Notes: generated from the letters alone by a model not told the origin. Positions 17,758-28,858 are shown, counted from the stretch's first letter. The stretch: 64,000 nt of DNA from Thermomicrobiales bacterium (GCA_035944555.1 DASZAY010000028.1:2158-66157), one strand, 5' to 3'. Made by a program: numbers and translations.

Positions 17758-17808
17758 AGGCAACGGCGCCGGAGCATGAGTTCTCCGGCGCCGTTGCCTG
17801 TTTCTGTT
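17758..17808 (+). terminator. Strong intrinsic terminator/attenuator between rpmH and rnpA
   Basis: A 17-bp perfect stem AGGCAACGGCGCCGGAG / CTCCGGCGCCGTTGCCT carries an 8-nt loop and is followed by GTTTCTGTT. Confidence 0.8.
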
Positions 17809-17839
17809 CGCGAAACACGGATGCGATCCGCCCCGGGTC

Positions 17840-18262
17840 GTGACAGGACGGATGCAGACGATGTTCGCACGCGACCTCCGGCTGCGCCGGGAATCCGATG
17901 TCCAGCGGGCCCGCGCCCGGGGCAAAGCCTGGGCCGACGGGCCGATCGTGTTCCGCGTGGCGCCAAACACCGCCGACCGCGAGCGAAACCGCTACACCGT
18001 CGTCGCGGGCAAGAAGGTCGGGCGGTCCGTCCAGCGGAACCGGGCCAAGCGTGTCGTTCGTGAGGCACTCCGGCTCTGGCACCCGAATCTCCGCCCCGGT
18101 CATGACATCGTCGTTATCGTCCGTGGTACCCATGACCAGCTCCCCGACCTCGCGACGGCCCAGCCGATCGTCGACCGGATCGTCCGCCGCGCGCGGTTGG
18201 ACGTGCCGGTGGAGGAGACGTCATCGTCCCCTGCCCCCGACGGGGCGCCGGCCGGAGCTTGA
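17840..18262 (+). CDS. rnpA: Ribonuclease P protein component
   Basis: [12 protein letters not shown]...[25 protein letters not shown] is the RnpA RNR-motif region. The start is ambiguous: GTG 17840, ATG 17852 or ATG 17861. Confidence 0.88.
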   Translation: MTGRMQTMFARDLRLRRESDVQRARARGKAWADGPIVFRVAPNTADRERNRYTVVAGKKVGRSVQRNRAKRVVREALRLWHPNLRPGHDIVVIVRGTHDQLPDLATAQPIVDRIVRRARLDVPVEETSSSPAPDGAPAGA

Positions 18263-18612
18263 CCGCGAACATCCCAGCAGAAACGGAGGCGCCGGTGTGC
18301 GCCACCCCTCATCACCATCACGACCACGAGCCTGACGCCGGGCAACCGGCCCGCGAGATCGACCGCTACGGGCTCCCCGTCCTGGATGTCCGCCGTGGCC
18401 CGCTGAAGACGCCGGCGATGGGTCTGATCCGCCTCTACAAGCGATACCTGTCGCCGGCCCTGCCGCCATCGTGTCGCTTCTACCCGACCTGCGCCGCCTA
18501 CGGCTACGAGGCCATCGGCCGGTACGGTATCCTTCGTGGAGGCGTGATGACCATCTGGCGTGTGCTGCGCTGCAATCCCTTCAACCGGGGTGGCATCGAT
18601 CCCGTTCCCTGA
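18259..18612 (+). CDS. yidD: Membrane protein insertion efficiency factor YidD (possibly with N-terminal extension)
   Basis: The core is [53 protein letters not shown]. The track start (TTG 18259) overlaps the rnpA stop and adds about 50 residues including HHHHDHE. ATG 18418 would give a canonical 64-aa YidD. Confidence 0.85.
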   Translation: MTANIPAETEAPVCATPHHHHDHEPDAGQPAREIDRYGLPVLDVRRGPLKTPAMGLIRLYKRYLSPALPPSCRFYPTCAAYGYEAIGRYGILRGGVMTIWRVLRCNPFNRGGIDPVP

Positions 18613-18742
18613 CGCGCGGCATCGACGTGATCCGGGACCCGGCCCGTCCGGGCGTCTCGCTGGCGACCCCCGTCCCCTCGCATTGATCCCACCGGACTGA
18701 CCCTCGCCTCGTTCCCGAGGTCACCGGAGGAGAACCCGCTCC

Positions 18743-20047
18743 GTGAACATTCCGATCTGGAGTCAATACGTCGACTTCCTCGAATGGGTGCTGACCTCGA
18801 TCGCCGATATCGTCCAGAACGGTGGTCTGGCGATCGTCATCTTCACGATCATCGTCAAGACCATCCTGCTCCCCCTGACGCTGAAGTCCATCCGCTCCAT
18901 GAAGGCGATGCAGGACATCCAGCCCAAGATCAAGGAGTTGCAGAAGAAGCACGGCAAGAACCGCGAGGAGTTGCAGAAGGCCACGATGGCCCTCTACGCC
19001 CAGCACCAGGTCAACCCGGTGGCCGGGTGTCTGCCGATGCTGATCCAGATCCCGATCTTCTTCGGCGTCTACCAGGCCATCACGGGTCTGAGCACCGGCG
19101 ACAACGCGGTCGGCCACTTCGCGGATGGATTCCTCTGGCTCCCGTCGCTCGGTGACGCGGACCCGCTGTTCATCCTGCCGATCGCCGCCGGCCTGTTCCA
19201 GTTCATCCAGATGCGGATGAGCCGCCCGGCCAATGCGCCCGCCGCGACCGATCCACAGCAGCAGATCATGAACACGGTCATGAACATCATGCCGATCTTC
19301 GTGGTCGTCTTCGGCTGGACGTTCGCGTCCGGCGCCGTCCTCTACTGGGCGACGCAGAGCATCTACTCGGCCGTCCAACAGTGGTTCGTCTCCGGCTGGG
19401 GCATGCTCAAGAACTGGGCGCCGTGGCTGCCGGAGATGCCGGAGCACCGCCGGCTGGGCTACGTCGCCCCGCGTGATGTGAGCGATGTCGTCGTCGAGTA
19501 CGGGCCGAACGGGATGCCGCGCGCCAAGGGCCTGATGGGCCGGATGCAGAAGCGGCTCGAAGAGACCCAGGCGATGCAGGACGCTCGGCGGCAGGAGCTG
19601 GCCGAGGCCCGCGGCGGCACCGCCAGCAAGCCGACCGCAAAGGCCGGCAGCACGAAGGCCGTCAACACCAGGTCCGGGGCTGGCAAGAAGGGAGCGAAGG
19701 CGGCCGCAGCCAGAGCGACCAACGTCACGGCCGATGCCACCGCGACCGCTCCCGGTCCGGCTGCCACCACGCGCAGTCCCCGCAAGCGATCAGGCTCCAA
19801 TCGCCCGACGGCCAATCGCGCCAGCACCGGCACGACTCCGACGAACGACACAGAGCCGATCGAGGCCGAGTTCGTCGAGACAGATGCCACCGAGGTCGAA
19901 GAGACCACGCCAGCGCCCACGACGAAGGCAGGCAAGGCCAACGCCAGCTACGCCGATCGCGTCACGGCGGCGACCCGGCGTGGGCCGAAGTCCGGCTGGG
20001 GGAAGTCCAGCGCGACACCAGCCCCCGCCGAGGCCGGCGAGGACTAG
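18743..20047 (+). CDS. yidC: Membrane protein insertase YidC (short, monoderm-type) with long Lys/Ala/Thr-rich C-terminal tail
   Basis: LPLTLKS..SM..MQ.IQPKIKELQKKH..N.EELQKATMALY...VNP..GCLPMLIQIPIFFG is the YidC/Oxa1 core. The GTG start has GGAGGAG 10 nt upstream. Confidence 0.92.
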   Translation: MNIPIWSQYVDFLEWVLTSIADIVQNGGLAIVIFTIIVKTILLPLTLKSIRSMKAMQDIQPKIKELQKKHGKNREELQKATMALYAQHQVNPVAGCLPMLIQIPIFFGVYQAITGLSTGDNAVGHFADGFLWLPSLGDADPLFILPIAAGLFQFIQMRMSRPANAPAATDPQQQIMNTVMNIMPIFVVVFGWTFASGAVLYWATQSIYSAVQQWFVSGWGMLKNWAPWLPEMPEHRRLGYVAPRDVSDVVVEYGPNGMPRAKGLMGRMQKRLEETQAMQDARRQELAEARGGTASKPTAKAGSTKAVNTRSGAGKKGAKAAAARATNVTADATATAPGPAATTRSPRKRSGSNRPTANRASTGTTPTNDTEPIEAEFVETDATEVEETTPAPTTKAGKANASYADRVTAATRRGPKSGWGKSSATPAPAEAGED

Positions 20048-20078
20048 CCCGGGAACGGTAATCCAGCGCGATGCGATC

Positions 20079-20112
20079 AACCCCCGGCCGATCTGGCCGG
20101 GGGTTCGTCGTT
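20079..20112 (+). terminator. Hairpin terminator after yidC
   Basis: AACCCCCGGCC-GATCT-GGCCGGGGGTT is an 11-bp stem followed by CGTCGTT. It lies 31 nt after the yidC stop. Confidence 0.65.
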
Positions 20113-20276
20113 GGTCATCGGAAGCGCCTCACTCCAGGTCGTGGGGATGGGGACCGACTATCTCCGATCGTGATCCGGTCACGTATCAGACATCGGTCAT
20201 CGCGCTGGTGCGCTACCCTTATCCGATGATTGCGGGACGGGGTTGGTCCCGGGTAGGTTGGCAGGGGTGAGCTGTC

Positions 20277-21161
20277 ATGGGACGGCGAATGACCAGCGTC
20301 GAGATCCAGGCCTATTCGGTCGAAGCCGCCGTGCGCCTCGCGCTGGAACAACTGGATCTGACCGAGGACCAGGTCGACATCGAGATTCTCTCCGATGTCG
20401 GGCCCGACGAGGATGCCGAGGCGCTGGTCCGTGTCACGGCCAAGGGCATGGCCTCCCAGCCAGAGGTTCACGGGGTCGACCGCCACGATGGTCATCGGCA
20501 CGGTGACGACCGCCACGCGGGTCGCCACGATCGCGGGCGGCGGGCACTCGGCGATCGCCCGTCGTCGCGGACGTTCTCCGACCACGGCGGGCGCCCCGGC
20601 CGGCCGGACCCGAACGAGCCGGAGACGGGTGAGATCTACCAGCGGCTGCGGGACCAGATGGTCCCCTCCCCGCGCGCCGACCCCGAGGCCGAGTCGGTCG
20701 CCGTCGAGGTGACCGCCGAGTTGCTCGACGTTCTCGGGATCGACGCGCGGGTCGAGGCGATCGAGAATCTCTCGGTCGTCCCGCTGGATGACGATGATCC
20801 CCGGACGATCTTTCTCGACATCATCGGCAGCGATCTCGGGCTGCTGATCGGTCGTCGGGGCGAGAACCTGGGCCAACTCCAGTACCTTGTCACGCTGCTG
20901 GTCAACCGGCGGCTGCCAGGTTTCAACCGGGTGATCCTGGATGTCGCGGGCTACCGGCTCCGACGCGAGGAATCGCTGATCGGGCTGGCCGAGCGGGTTG
21001 CCCGGCAGGTCGCCCGGACGCGGCGTCCGGTGGCGCTGGACCCGATGCCGGCCAACGAGCGCCGGGTCATCCATATGGTGCTCCGGCCCCACCCTGATGT
21101 TTCGACCGAGAGTAGTGGCGAGGGAACGATGCGACGGATCACGGTATTGCCGCGTGGCTGA
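20277..21161 (+). CDS. jag: Jag/KhpB RNA-binding protein (Jag_N, KH, R3H) with His/Arg/Asp-rich insert
   Basis: The N-terminus reads VEIQAYSVEAAVRLALEQLDLTEDQVDIEIL. A KH-like segment IIGSDLGLLIGRRGENLGQLQYL follows. The R3H region is LDPMPANERRVIHMVL. Confidence 0.88.
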   Translation: MGRRMTSVEIQAYSVEAAVRLALEQLDLTEDQVDIEILSDVGPDEDAEALVRVTAKGMASQPEVHGVDRHDGHRHGDDRHAGRHDRGRRALGDRPSSRTFSDHGGRPGRPDPNEPETGEIYQRLRDQMVPSPRADPEAESVAVEVTAELLDVLGIDARVEAIENLSVVPLDDDDPRTIFLDIIGSDLGLLIGRRGENLGQLQYLVTLLVNRRLPGFNRVILDVAGYRLRREESLIGLAERVARQVARTRRPVALDPMPANERRVIHMVLRPHPDVSTESSGEGTMRRITVLPRG

Positions 21162-22218
21162 CAGGACGACTGACAGGACCACGAAGGACACGACTCCCAA
21201 CGACGGACAACCCGGCAGCCCGCCGGCGAATCGCCGACCCCGACGCTCGTCTGACCGGCAGTCGCTGACCCCGGGTCCCAAGCGATCACGGACGCCGCTC
21301 TCGGCGATCCGCCCGCCGGATTACCTGGTCATCGGTCACATCTGTGCTGATCTCCAGTCGGATGGCTCGGTCCTCCTTGGCGGGACGGCGCTCTACAGCG
21401 CGCTGACGGCGGCCAAACTGGGATGGCGAACGGCGATCCTGACCAAGGGCGCCTTCGGACTCGACTTCAACGGGATGAAGATCCCCGGCCTGGATCAGTA
21501 CGCCGAGCAGATCGACATCATCGTCCAGCAGGCCGACGGCCCGACGGTGTTCCGCAACGAATACCAGGCCGGCCGACGGGTCCAGTCCATCCGACACTGG
21601 GCCCAGCCGATCGATCTGACCGGGCTGCCGCCGCACTGGCGCAACCCGAAGATCCTGCACCTCGGCCCCGTGGCGCAGGAGATCGACCAGCGCCAGGCCG
21701 TGTCACTGCAGGGCGGGTTCATCGGTGCGACTCCCCAGGGATGGATGCGTGACTGGCCCCGGGCCGGGGGCGGACGCGTGACGCACGGTCAGCTCCGGAT
21801 CCACGCCGAGCTGCTGGACCGGCTCGACAGTGTGATCGTCTCCATCGACGAGTACCCCTACTCCCGGCAGGTCGTCGACCGGGTCGCATCCCGCCGGCTT
21901 GGCGTGGTGACCTTCGACGAGCGGGGCTCCCGGATCATCCACCCGGAGATTGGTACCCCACGCGGCACGTTCGCCACCCGCCGCCAACAGGTGGAGCTGC
22001 CCGGCTTCAAGGTCGACGTCCAGGACTCGACCGGGGCGGGTGATGTCTTCGCCGCGGCCTTCTTCATCGGCGCGGTCGATCCCAAGGCATCGGCCGAGCG
22101 GGCCGGCACGTTCGCCAACGCGACGGCGGCCCTGAGCCTCCGCGCCGCCGGCCCGACCGGGATCCCGTCCCGCGCCGAGGTGGATGCCATCATCGCCGCC
22201 CGCGAGGCAGAGCGCTGA
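21154..22218 (+). CDS. PfkB-family carbohydrate/ribokinase-like kinase
   Basis: DYLVIGHICADLQ...GGTALYSALTAAKLG and the C-terminal DSTGAGDVFAAAFF (anion-hole motif) identify the family. The only canonical in-frame start downstream of the jag body is GTG 21154, which overlaps the jag stop by 8 nt. The N-terminal ~55 residues are low complexity, so the start is uncertain. Confidence 0.75.
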   Translation: MADRTTDRTTKDTTPNDGQPGSPPANRRPRRSSDRQSLTPGPKRSRTPLSAIRPPDYLVIGHICADLQSDGSVLLGGTALYSALTAAKLGWRTAILTKGAFGLDFNGMKIPGLDQYAEQIDIIVQQADGPTVFRNEYQAGRRVQSIRHWAQPIDLTGLPPHWRNPKILHLGPVAQEIDQRQAVSLQGGFIGATPQGWMRDWPRAGGGRVTHGQLRIHAELLDRLDSVIVSIDEYPYSRQVVDRVASRRLGVVTFDERGSRIIHPEIGTPRGTFATRRQQVELPGFKVDVQDSTGAGDVFAAAFFIGAVDPKASAERAGTFANATAALSLRAAGPTGIPSRAEVDAIIAAREAER

Positions 22219-22421
22219 CGGTGATCGGTTCCGTCCTGCCAGGAGCGACTCGCCGGTGGGCGGATCCCCGGGGATGATTCCCCGGGCTCATCAGGAAACG
22301 CTGAAGCTTTCGTCTGTCTTCGCGGCGTCCATCTTGGCCCTACCCGCCAGGGATGCCGTGTTGCGGCACCCTCTCCAGTCCCCGGGGGCTTCAACCCTGG
22401 GGACGCCCAGGCATTCACCCC

Positions 22422-23828
<1,407 letters not shown>

Positions 23829-23874
23829 GCCAGTCCATTCGGCTTGTCGCCGGGTGGGCTGGCCGACGGGTGGA

Positions 23875-25308
23875 TCAGCGCTGGGGCTCCTCGGATGAGG
23901 CGATTCCGTCGGTGCTGTCCCGGTCGCCTGCCGTTCCGGGACGAGCGCTGGATGGTTGGCTCCTGCGCAGGATGAACACGCCGATGGCGGCCGCCACGAT
24001 CGACGCGGCAAAGATCCCCGTCTTGGCCGTCTCGATTTGCCCGATATCAGTGAAGGCCAGGTTGGAGATGAACAACGACATCGTGAAGCCGATACCGGCC
24101 AGGAACCCGAGCCCGATGATTTGGGTCCAGGTAATCCCGCCGGGGAGCGATCCCAGCCCGGTCCGGACGGCGAGCCAGGTCGCGAGCACGATGCCGACCG
24201 GCTTGCCGATCACCAGGCCCGCGACGATGCCAAGCGCGATCGGGTCGGTCAGGGAGGAACTCCAGCCGCTCTCGAAGACGATCCCGGCGTTGGCCAGCGC
24301 GAACAGCGGCAGGATCAGGTACACGCTCCATGGGTTGATCGCGTGCTCCATCCGCTGGAGCGGCGTCAGCGACTGGAGGCTGGTCGTCGCCAACTGGGAC
24401 ACGACGTGTTGGGGCCCGCTCTCGCCGAGGATCGGGGATACACGCCGGCGACCGATTGCCCGTGCCTCATCCCAGGCGTCGTCGAGGTGCTGGAGCAGGT
24501 TCCGGCCTTGCTCGACGAGGGCCGGGACCTCGATCCGCGACCGGGCCGGGATGGTCAGCGCGACAAGCACGCCGGCGATCGACGCGTGGATTCCCGACGC
24601 GAAGATGGTCAACCAGACGATGAGCGCGCCGACGACGTAGACCGGGGTCGCCTGGATCCCCGCCAGGTTGGCGAGCAACAGCACACCGATGGTGAGTGCG
24701 GCGGCGAGCAGTGGCCACCACTGCAGGTCGCTCGTGTAGAACAGCGCGATCACGAGGATCGCCCCGAGGTCATCGACGATCGCCAGTGCCACGAGGAACA
24801 CCCGGGCCGATAGCGGGATGATCGGGCCCAGCATGGTGAGGATCGCGACCGCAAAGGCGATGTCGGTCGCCATCGGGATGCCCCAGCCATTCAGCCCGCC
24901 ACCGCCGAGGTTGAACAGGACGTAGATGCAGGCCGGGACGATCATCCCACCGATGGCCGCCGCGACGGGCAGCGAGGCGCTTCTCAGCGACCGGAGCTCC
25001 CCGGCCAGCAGCTCGCGCTTGATCTCCAGGCCCACGACGAAGAAGAAGATCGCCATCAGGGCATCGTTCACCCAGTGCCGGAGCGTATGGGAATGCTCGA
25101 ACGATCCGACGGAGATGGTCGCGTAGGTGTCCCAGATCCGGTTGTAGGTATCGGACCAGGGAGAGTTCACCCAGATCAGCGCCGCGATGGTCCCGAGGAG
25201 CAGCAACACGCCACCCGAGACGAACCGCGATACGAACTCCTGGAACGATGAACTCAACCGGTAGACCCGCCCCCTTGGCCTCGATGACGTACCCGGATCG
25301 ATCCCCAC
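23875..25308 (-). CDS. nhaA: Na+/H+ antiporter NhaA
   Basis: NDALMAIFFFVVGLEIKRELLAGEL, GWGIPMATDIAF and further NhaA-fold motifs are present. The GTG start has AAGGGGAG just upstream. Confidence 0.9.
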   Translation of the reverse strand: MGIDPGTSSRPRGRVYRLSSSFQEFVSRFVSGGVLLLLGTIAALIWVNSPWSDTYNRIWDTYATISVGSFEHSHTLRHWVNDALMAIFFFVVGLEIKRELLAGELRSLRSASLPVAAAIGGMIVPACIYVLFNLGGGGLNGWGIPMATDIAFAVAILTMLGPIIPLSARVFLVALAIVDDLGAILVIALFYTSDLQWWPLLAAALTIGVLLLANLAGIQATPVYVVGALIVWLTIFASGIHASIAGVLVALTIPARSRIEVPALVEQGRNLLQHLDDAWDEARAIGRRRVSPILGESGPQHVVSQLATTSLQSLTPLQRMEHAINPWSVYLILPLFALANAGIVFESGWSSSLTDPIALGIVAGLVIGKPVGIVLATWLAVRTGLGSLPGGITWTQIIGLGFLAGIGFTMSLFISNLAFTDIGQIETAKTGIFAASIVAAAIGVFILRRSQPSSARPGTAGDRDSTDGIASSEEPQR

Positions 25309-25328
25309 TGCGCTCCCCTTGTTCCCCT

Positions 25329-25366
25329 GAAAACACGAAAACGGGGACCGTCATCTGACAGTCCCC
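25329..25366 (-). terminator. Intrinsic terminator immediately upstream of the nhaA RBS (expression-platform-like)
   Basis: The minus strand reads GGGGACTGTC-AGAT-GACGGTCCCC, a 10-bp stem with one G-U pair. It is followed by GTTTTCGTGTTTTC. The U-tract ends 8 nt before the nhaA Shine-Dalgarno. Confidence 0.75.
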
Positions 25367-25864
25367 GCCTAGCCATCCGGATACGGGGCGAATGGCGGCC
25401 CCAACGGGACAGGGTACACGACCCGATGGACCGGTTGACAGCACCGGGAAGGATCGGGACCAGCCAGGATCGGTCCAGGAGTGAGACAACGATGAGGATC
25501 GGGATGGAGGTAATGGACAAGGACCTGGCTGGCAGGAACGATGGGGGTGACGAGTGGCAGCGGTCGAAGGCAGGGAAACGGACGCTCTTTCACCCGGGTG
25601 ATTGATGTCGATAGGCTGGCTGATCGGCAATGAAAGCCTGCCCATCGCCGCACCGTCGCAGGACCACGATCTCACGCCTGAGATGAGGATCCGAAGCTAT
25701 GCTGTCCACTTCCCGGTCATGCCTGTTTACGGGATACCGTCCCGGGACCAGCCTGCCGCATGAGACATATTGGTCCCGGTCCGGATTGGTCGGTGGACGC
25801 CCCGTATACTCTGGGGATGCAGACCCCAATAGCACCGACTCATTCCCATGGAGAGACCGACCGG

Positions 25865-27430
25865 ATGACGACCCCCGCCGCTCCCGCCACCCTGCCCGGC
25901 CTCCGCCCCGGTGTGTCCGGCGTTCGCGTCCGGCTGGCCCCCTCCCCGACCGGCTCCGTGCATATCGGGAACGTCAAGACGGGCATGTACAACTGGCTGC
26001 TCGCCCGTGGCCAGGCCCGCCGCCTCGGCCTAGACGGCCAGTTTCTGCTCCGGATCGAGGACACCGACCGCAACCGCTACGTCGAGGATGCCGCCGATCA
26101 GTTGCTCGACATCCTGCGCTGGTTCGGGCTGGAGTGGCAGGAGGGGCCGGACGTCGGGGGCCCGCACGCGCCGTACGTCCAGAGCGAGCGGCTGGCCATC
26201 TTCCAGGAGCGCGCCCGGCACCTCGTTGCCGAAGGCAAGGCCTACCCCTGCTTCTGCTCCCCGGAGCGGCTCCAGGCCGTCCGCGAGGGTCAGCAGTCCC
26301 GTGGCGAGCCGACCGGCTACGACCGTCACTGCCGAGACCTGCCAGCCCATGAGGCCGATGCCCGGATCGCCGCCGGTGAGGGACACGTCATCCGGTTCCG
26401 GACGCCGCGTGAGGGTGAGACGGTGGTCAACGACCTCGTCCGCGGTCCGATCACGACGGCCAACGTCACGCTGGAAGACTCCGTCCTGCTCAAGACGGAC
26501 GGCTACCCGACCTACCACCTCGCCCACCTCGTCGACGATCACCTCATGGAAATCACCCATGTGATCCGGGGCGCGGAGTGGATCCCGTCGGCGCCCCTGC
26601 ACGTGCTGCTCTACGCCGCCTTTGGCTGGGAACCGCCTGCCTTCATCCATGTCCCTATCATCCTCGCGCCTGGCGGCGGAAAGCTGAGCAAGCGGCACGG
26701 CGCGACGACGATGGCCGAGTTCCGCACCCAGGGGTTCCTGCCCGAGGCGCTGATGAACTACCTGGCCCTGCTGGGCTGGAGCTTCGACGCCACGACGGAG
26801 ATCTTCACCCCGGAGGAATTGCTGGAGAAGTTCTCGATCGAGCGCCTCAGCCCGTCCCCGGCCACGTTCGACTACGACAAGCTCCGCTGGTTCAACCAGC
26901 ACTACATCAATCACATCCTGACGCTGGACGACCTGACCGGTCGTGTGGCGCCGTTCCTTGCCGCGGCCGGGATGATCGACGCCGAAGCCGCCCGGACCGA
27001 TCACCCGCAGCACGCGCTGCTCCGGGAAGCCACCGCGCTGCTCAAGGACCGGCTGGAGACGCTGGCCGACGCGCCGGAGCACTTGGGTCCGTTCCTCGTC
27101 GAGGCGCTGCCGGACTACGACAGCGCGCTGCTGGTCCCGAAGAAGACCGAGCCGTCCGCCGCCCGGGCCGGACTGGAGTCGACCCTCGCGTTGCTGCCGG
27201 AACTTGATCTCGAGGACGAGGCCGCGGCCGAGACCCGCCTCCGGGCGCTGGCCGAGGAGCTCGGGCTCAAGACGGGGCAGCTGTTCATGGCCATCCGGGT
27301 TGCCGCCACCGGCCGGACCCAGTCGCCGGGTCTGTTCGGCACCCTCCGCGTCATCGGCAAGGATCGGCTCCAGGCCCGCTTCGCTGACGCCATCGCCCGC
27401 CTCGGCACGATCGCGGATGCGACCGCCTGA
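25865..27430 (+). CDS. gltX: Glutamate--tRNA ligase
   Basis: PSPTGSVHIGN (HIGH motif) and KLSKRHG (KMSKS motif) are present, and the length and order are typical of GltX. The start is trimmed to ATG 25865, with GGAGAG 9 nt upstream. Confidence 0.93.
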   Translation: MTTPAAPATLPGLRPGVSGVRVRLAPSPTGSVHIGNVKTGMYNWLLARGQARRLGLDGQFLLRIEDTDRNRYVEDAADQLLDILRWFGLEWQEGPDVGGPHAPYVQSERLAIFQERARHLVAEGKAYPCFCSPERLQAVREGQQSRGEPTGYDRHCRDLPAHEADARIAAGEGHVIRFRTPREGETVVNDLVRGPITTANVTLEDSVLLKTDGYPTYHLAHLVDDHLMEITHVIRGAEWIPSAPLHVLLYAAFGWEPPAFIHVPIILAPGGGKLSKRHGATTMAEFRTQGFLPEALMNYLALLGWSFDATTEIFTPEELLEKFSIERLSPSPATFDYDKLRWFNQHYINHILTLDDLTGRVAPFLAAAGMIDAEAARTDHPQHALLREATALLKDRLETLADAPEHLGPFLVEALPDYDSALLVPKKTEPSAARAGLESTLALLPELDLEDEAAAETRLRALAEELGLKTGQLFMAIRVAATGRTQSPGLFGTLRVIGKDRLQARFADAIARLGTIADATA

Positions 27431-27453
27431 GCATTGCCCGGCGAGGACTTGAC

Positions 27454-28386
27454 ATGCCGCCACCCGGACTCGATCGTCGCCGAGTTCTCGCCGTTGCCGG
27501 AGCGGTGGTCGGCTCCGCCTTGATTGGGACCGGCTCAGTCGGTGCCCGGCAGGCCGGGACGCCGGTCGCCCGACCGTCAGGCCGGGGCGACGTCCTGATC
27601 ACCGTGCCGGAACTCGCCGCGGCACAGGCTGGTCCGGTACCTCCGGTCGTCGTGGCGCTGACCGACCCGGAGGGCTTCGCTGCCGGTCATATTCCCCGCG
27701 CCCGTCTCATCGACTGGCCGGAGCTGGAACTGGGCGCGACGACGCCGGCGGCCATCGCCACGTGGAGCCGGACCACCCGGCTGACCCTTGCCGGGCTCGG
27801 TGTCACGCCATCGTCGGACGTCGTGATCTACGACGGCGGCTCTTTGTTCGCCGCCCGGCTCTGGTGGATCCTGGACTACCTCGGACATGAGCGGAAACGG
27901 GTCCTCGATGGCGGGCTGCCAGCCTGGATCATGGCCGGACAGTCCGTCGATACCAGGATCGTGCCTGACCGCGCCGGGACGTCGAGCATCCCTCCGTATC
28001 CTGACACGGCCGTTGGGGCGGACCGACTGGCTACGAAGGACGAGATCCTCGCCACGCTGGGGGATCCCGGCGTCGTGCTGATCGATGCCCGTGGCTCTGA
28101 GGAGTATGCCGCTGGCCATATCCCCGGCGCGGTCCGGGTCCCCTACCCCGCCAACGCGCGCCCGGATGATCCCAAGACTTTCCTGGGCCGGGATGAGCTG
28201 GTCACGCTGTACGCGACGGTCGGAGCAACGCCGGACCGTCGCGTCATCCCCTACTGCTCGACCGGTGTTCGCTCGGCCGTGACATACCAGGCGCTGCGAC
28301 TGGCCGGCTTCACGCACATCGGGCTCTATACGGGCTCGTGGGACGAGTGGAGCGCCGACCCCAGTGCTCCCGTCGAGACCCGCTAA
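27454..28386 (+). CDS. Tat-exported tandem-rhodanese sulfurtransferase (thiosulfate/3-mercaptopyruvate sulfurtransferase-like)
   Basis: The twin-arginine leader is LDRRRVLAVAGAVVGSALIG. There are two rhodanese repeats, and the active-site loop is YCSTGVRS. Confidence 0.85.
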   Translation: MPPPGLDRRRVLAVAGAVVGSALIGTGSVGARQAGTPVARPSGRGDVLITVPELAAAQAGPVPPVVVALTDPEGFAAGHIPRARLIDWPELELGATTPAAIATWSRTTRLTLAGLGVTPSSDVVIYDGGSLFAARLWWILDYLGHERKRVLDGGLPAWIMAGQSVDTRIVPDRAGTSSIPPYPDTAVGADRLATKDEILATLGDPGVVLIDARGSEEYAAGHIPGAVRVPYPANARPDDPKTFLGRDELVTLYATVGATPDRRVIPYCSTGVRSAVTYQALRLAGFTHIGLYTGSWDEWSADPSAPVETR

Positions 28387-28390
28387 CAGA

Positions 28391-28795
28391 CTACGGTGTT
28401 GAGGTCCAGCCCGTCGCCAGGTCGTCCTCGCTCAGCCCTACCACCTCGAGGGCGGCGGGGAGGGAGTCCGTCCGGGCGATCCTGGTGATTTGTCTGTCCC
28501 TGATCTGGAAGGCCGTGAACGCGCTCACCGGTGGAGTCAGCGCATCATCGCCCTGATCCGGGTCGGGCCAGCGAGCAGCCTGCTGGACGATGACCTTGTC
28601 GCCTCGGTGATAGACCTGCCGGGGTTCGAGACGGATCCCCGACCGGGTGATCCAATCTTTGACCATGGTTATCCCGTGAGCAGTTCCCCGGGGCCCAGCC
28701 ACTTCCACGTCCGGGGAAACCCACCTCGTCATCTCATCAGGATCCCCGGCATTGACGGCCCTGTGCCACGCCATGACGACTCTGATAGCGTCCAT
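28391..28795 (-). CDS. SnoaL-like / NTF2-fold protein
   Basis: 134 aa after trimming to ATG 28795, which has GGAGG 7 nt upstream. The pattern MDAIRVVMAWHRAVNAGDPDEMTRWVSPDVEV... is typical of SnoaL_2-type proteins. Confidence 0.65.
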   Translation of the reverse strand: MDAIRVVMAWHRAVNAGDPDEMTRWVSPDVEVAGPRGTAHGITMVKDWITRSGIRLEPRQVYHRGDKVIVQQAARWPDPDQGDDALTPPVSAFTAFQIRDRQITRIARTDSLPAALEVVGLSEDDLATGWTSTP

Positions 28796-28824
28796 TCTCA
28801 TCCTCCAGCAGGAGACGAAATATA

Positions 28825-28843
28825 TGTATGATACACACATGTG
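28825..28843. promoter_or_regulatory. Candidate MarR operator in the AT-rich divergent intergenic region
   Basis: TGTAT-G-ATACA (28825..28835, perfect inverted repeat) is followed at once by the palindrome CACATGTG (28836..28843). The site lies 16 nt upstream of the MarR start. Confidence 0.45.
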
Positions 28844-28858
28844 AGGAGAGGGTAGTTC

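Noticed and set aside
20998-21153. 5' extension of the PfkB kinase ORF into jag
   Set aside because: It overlaps the R3H-domain coding end of jag in another frame. The first plausible start after the jag body is GTG 21154.
25369-25653. 94-aa minus-strand ORF (and the overlapping 25254..25520 ORF) inside the nhaA leader
   Set aside because: It has no SD, a Pro/Cys/His-rich composition unlike a real protein, and overlapping alternative frames. I treat the region as non-coding leader or RNA.
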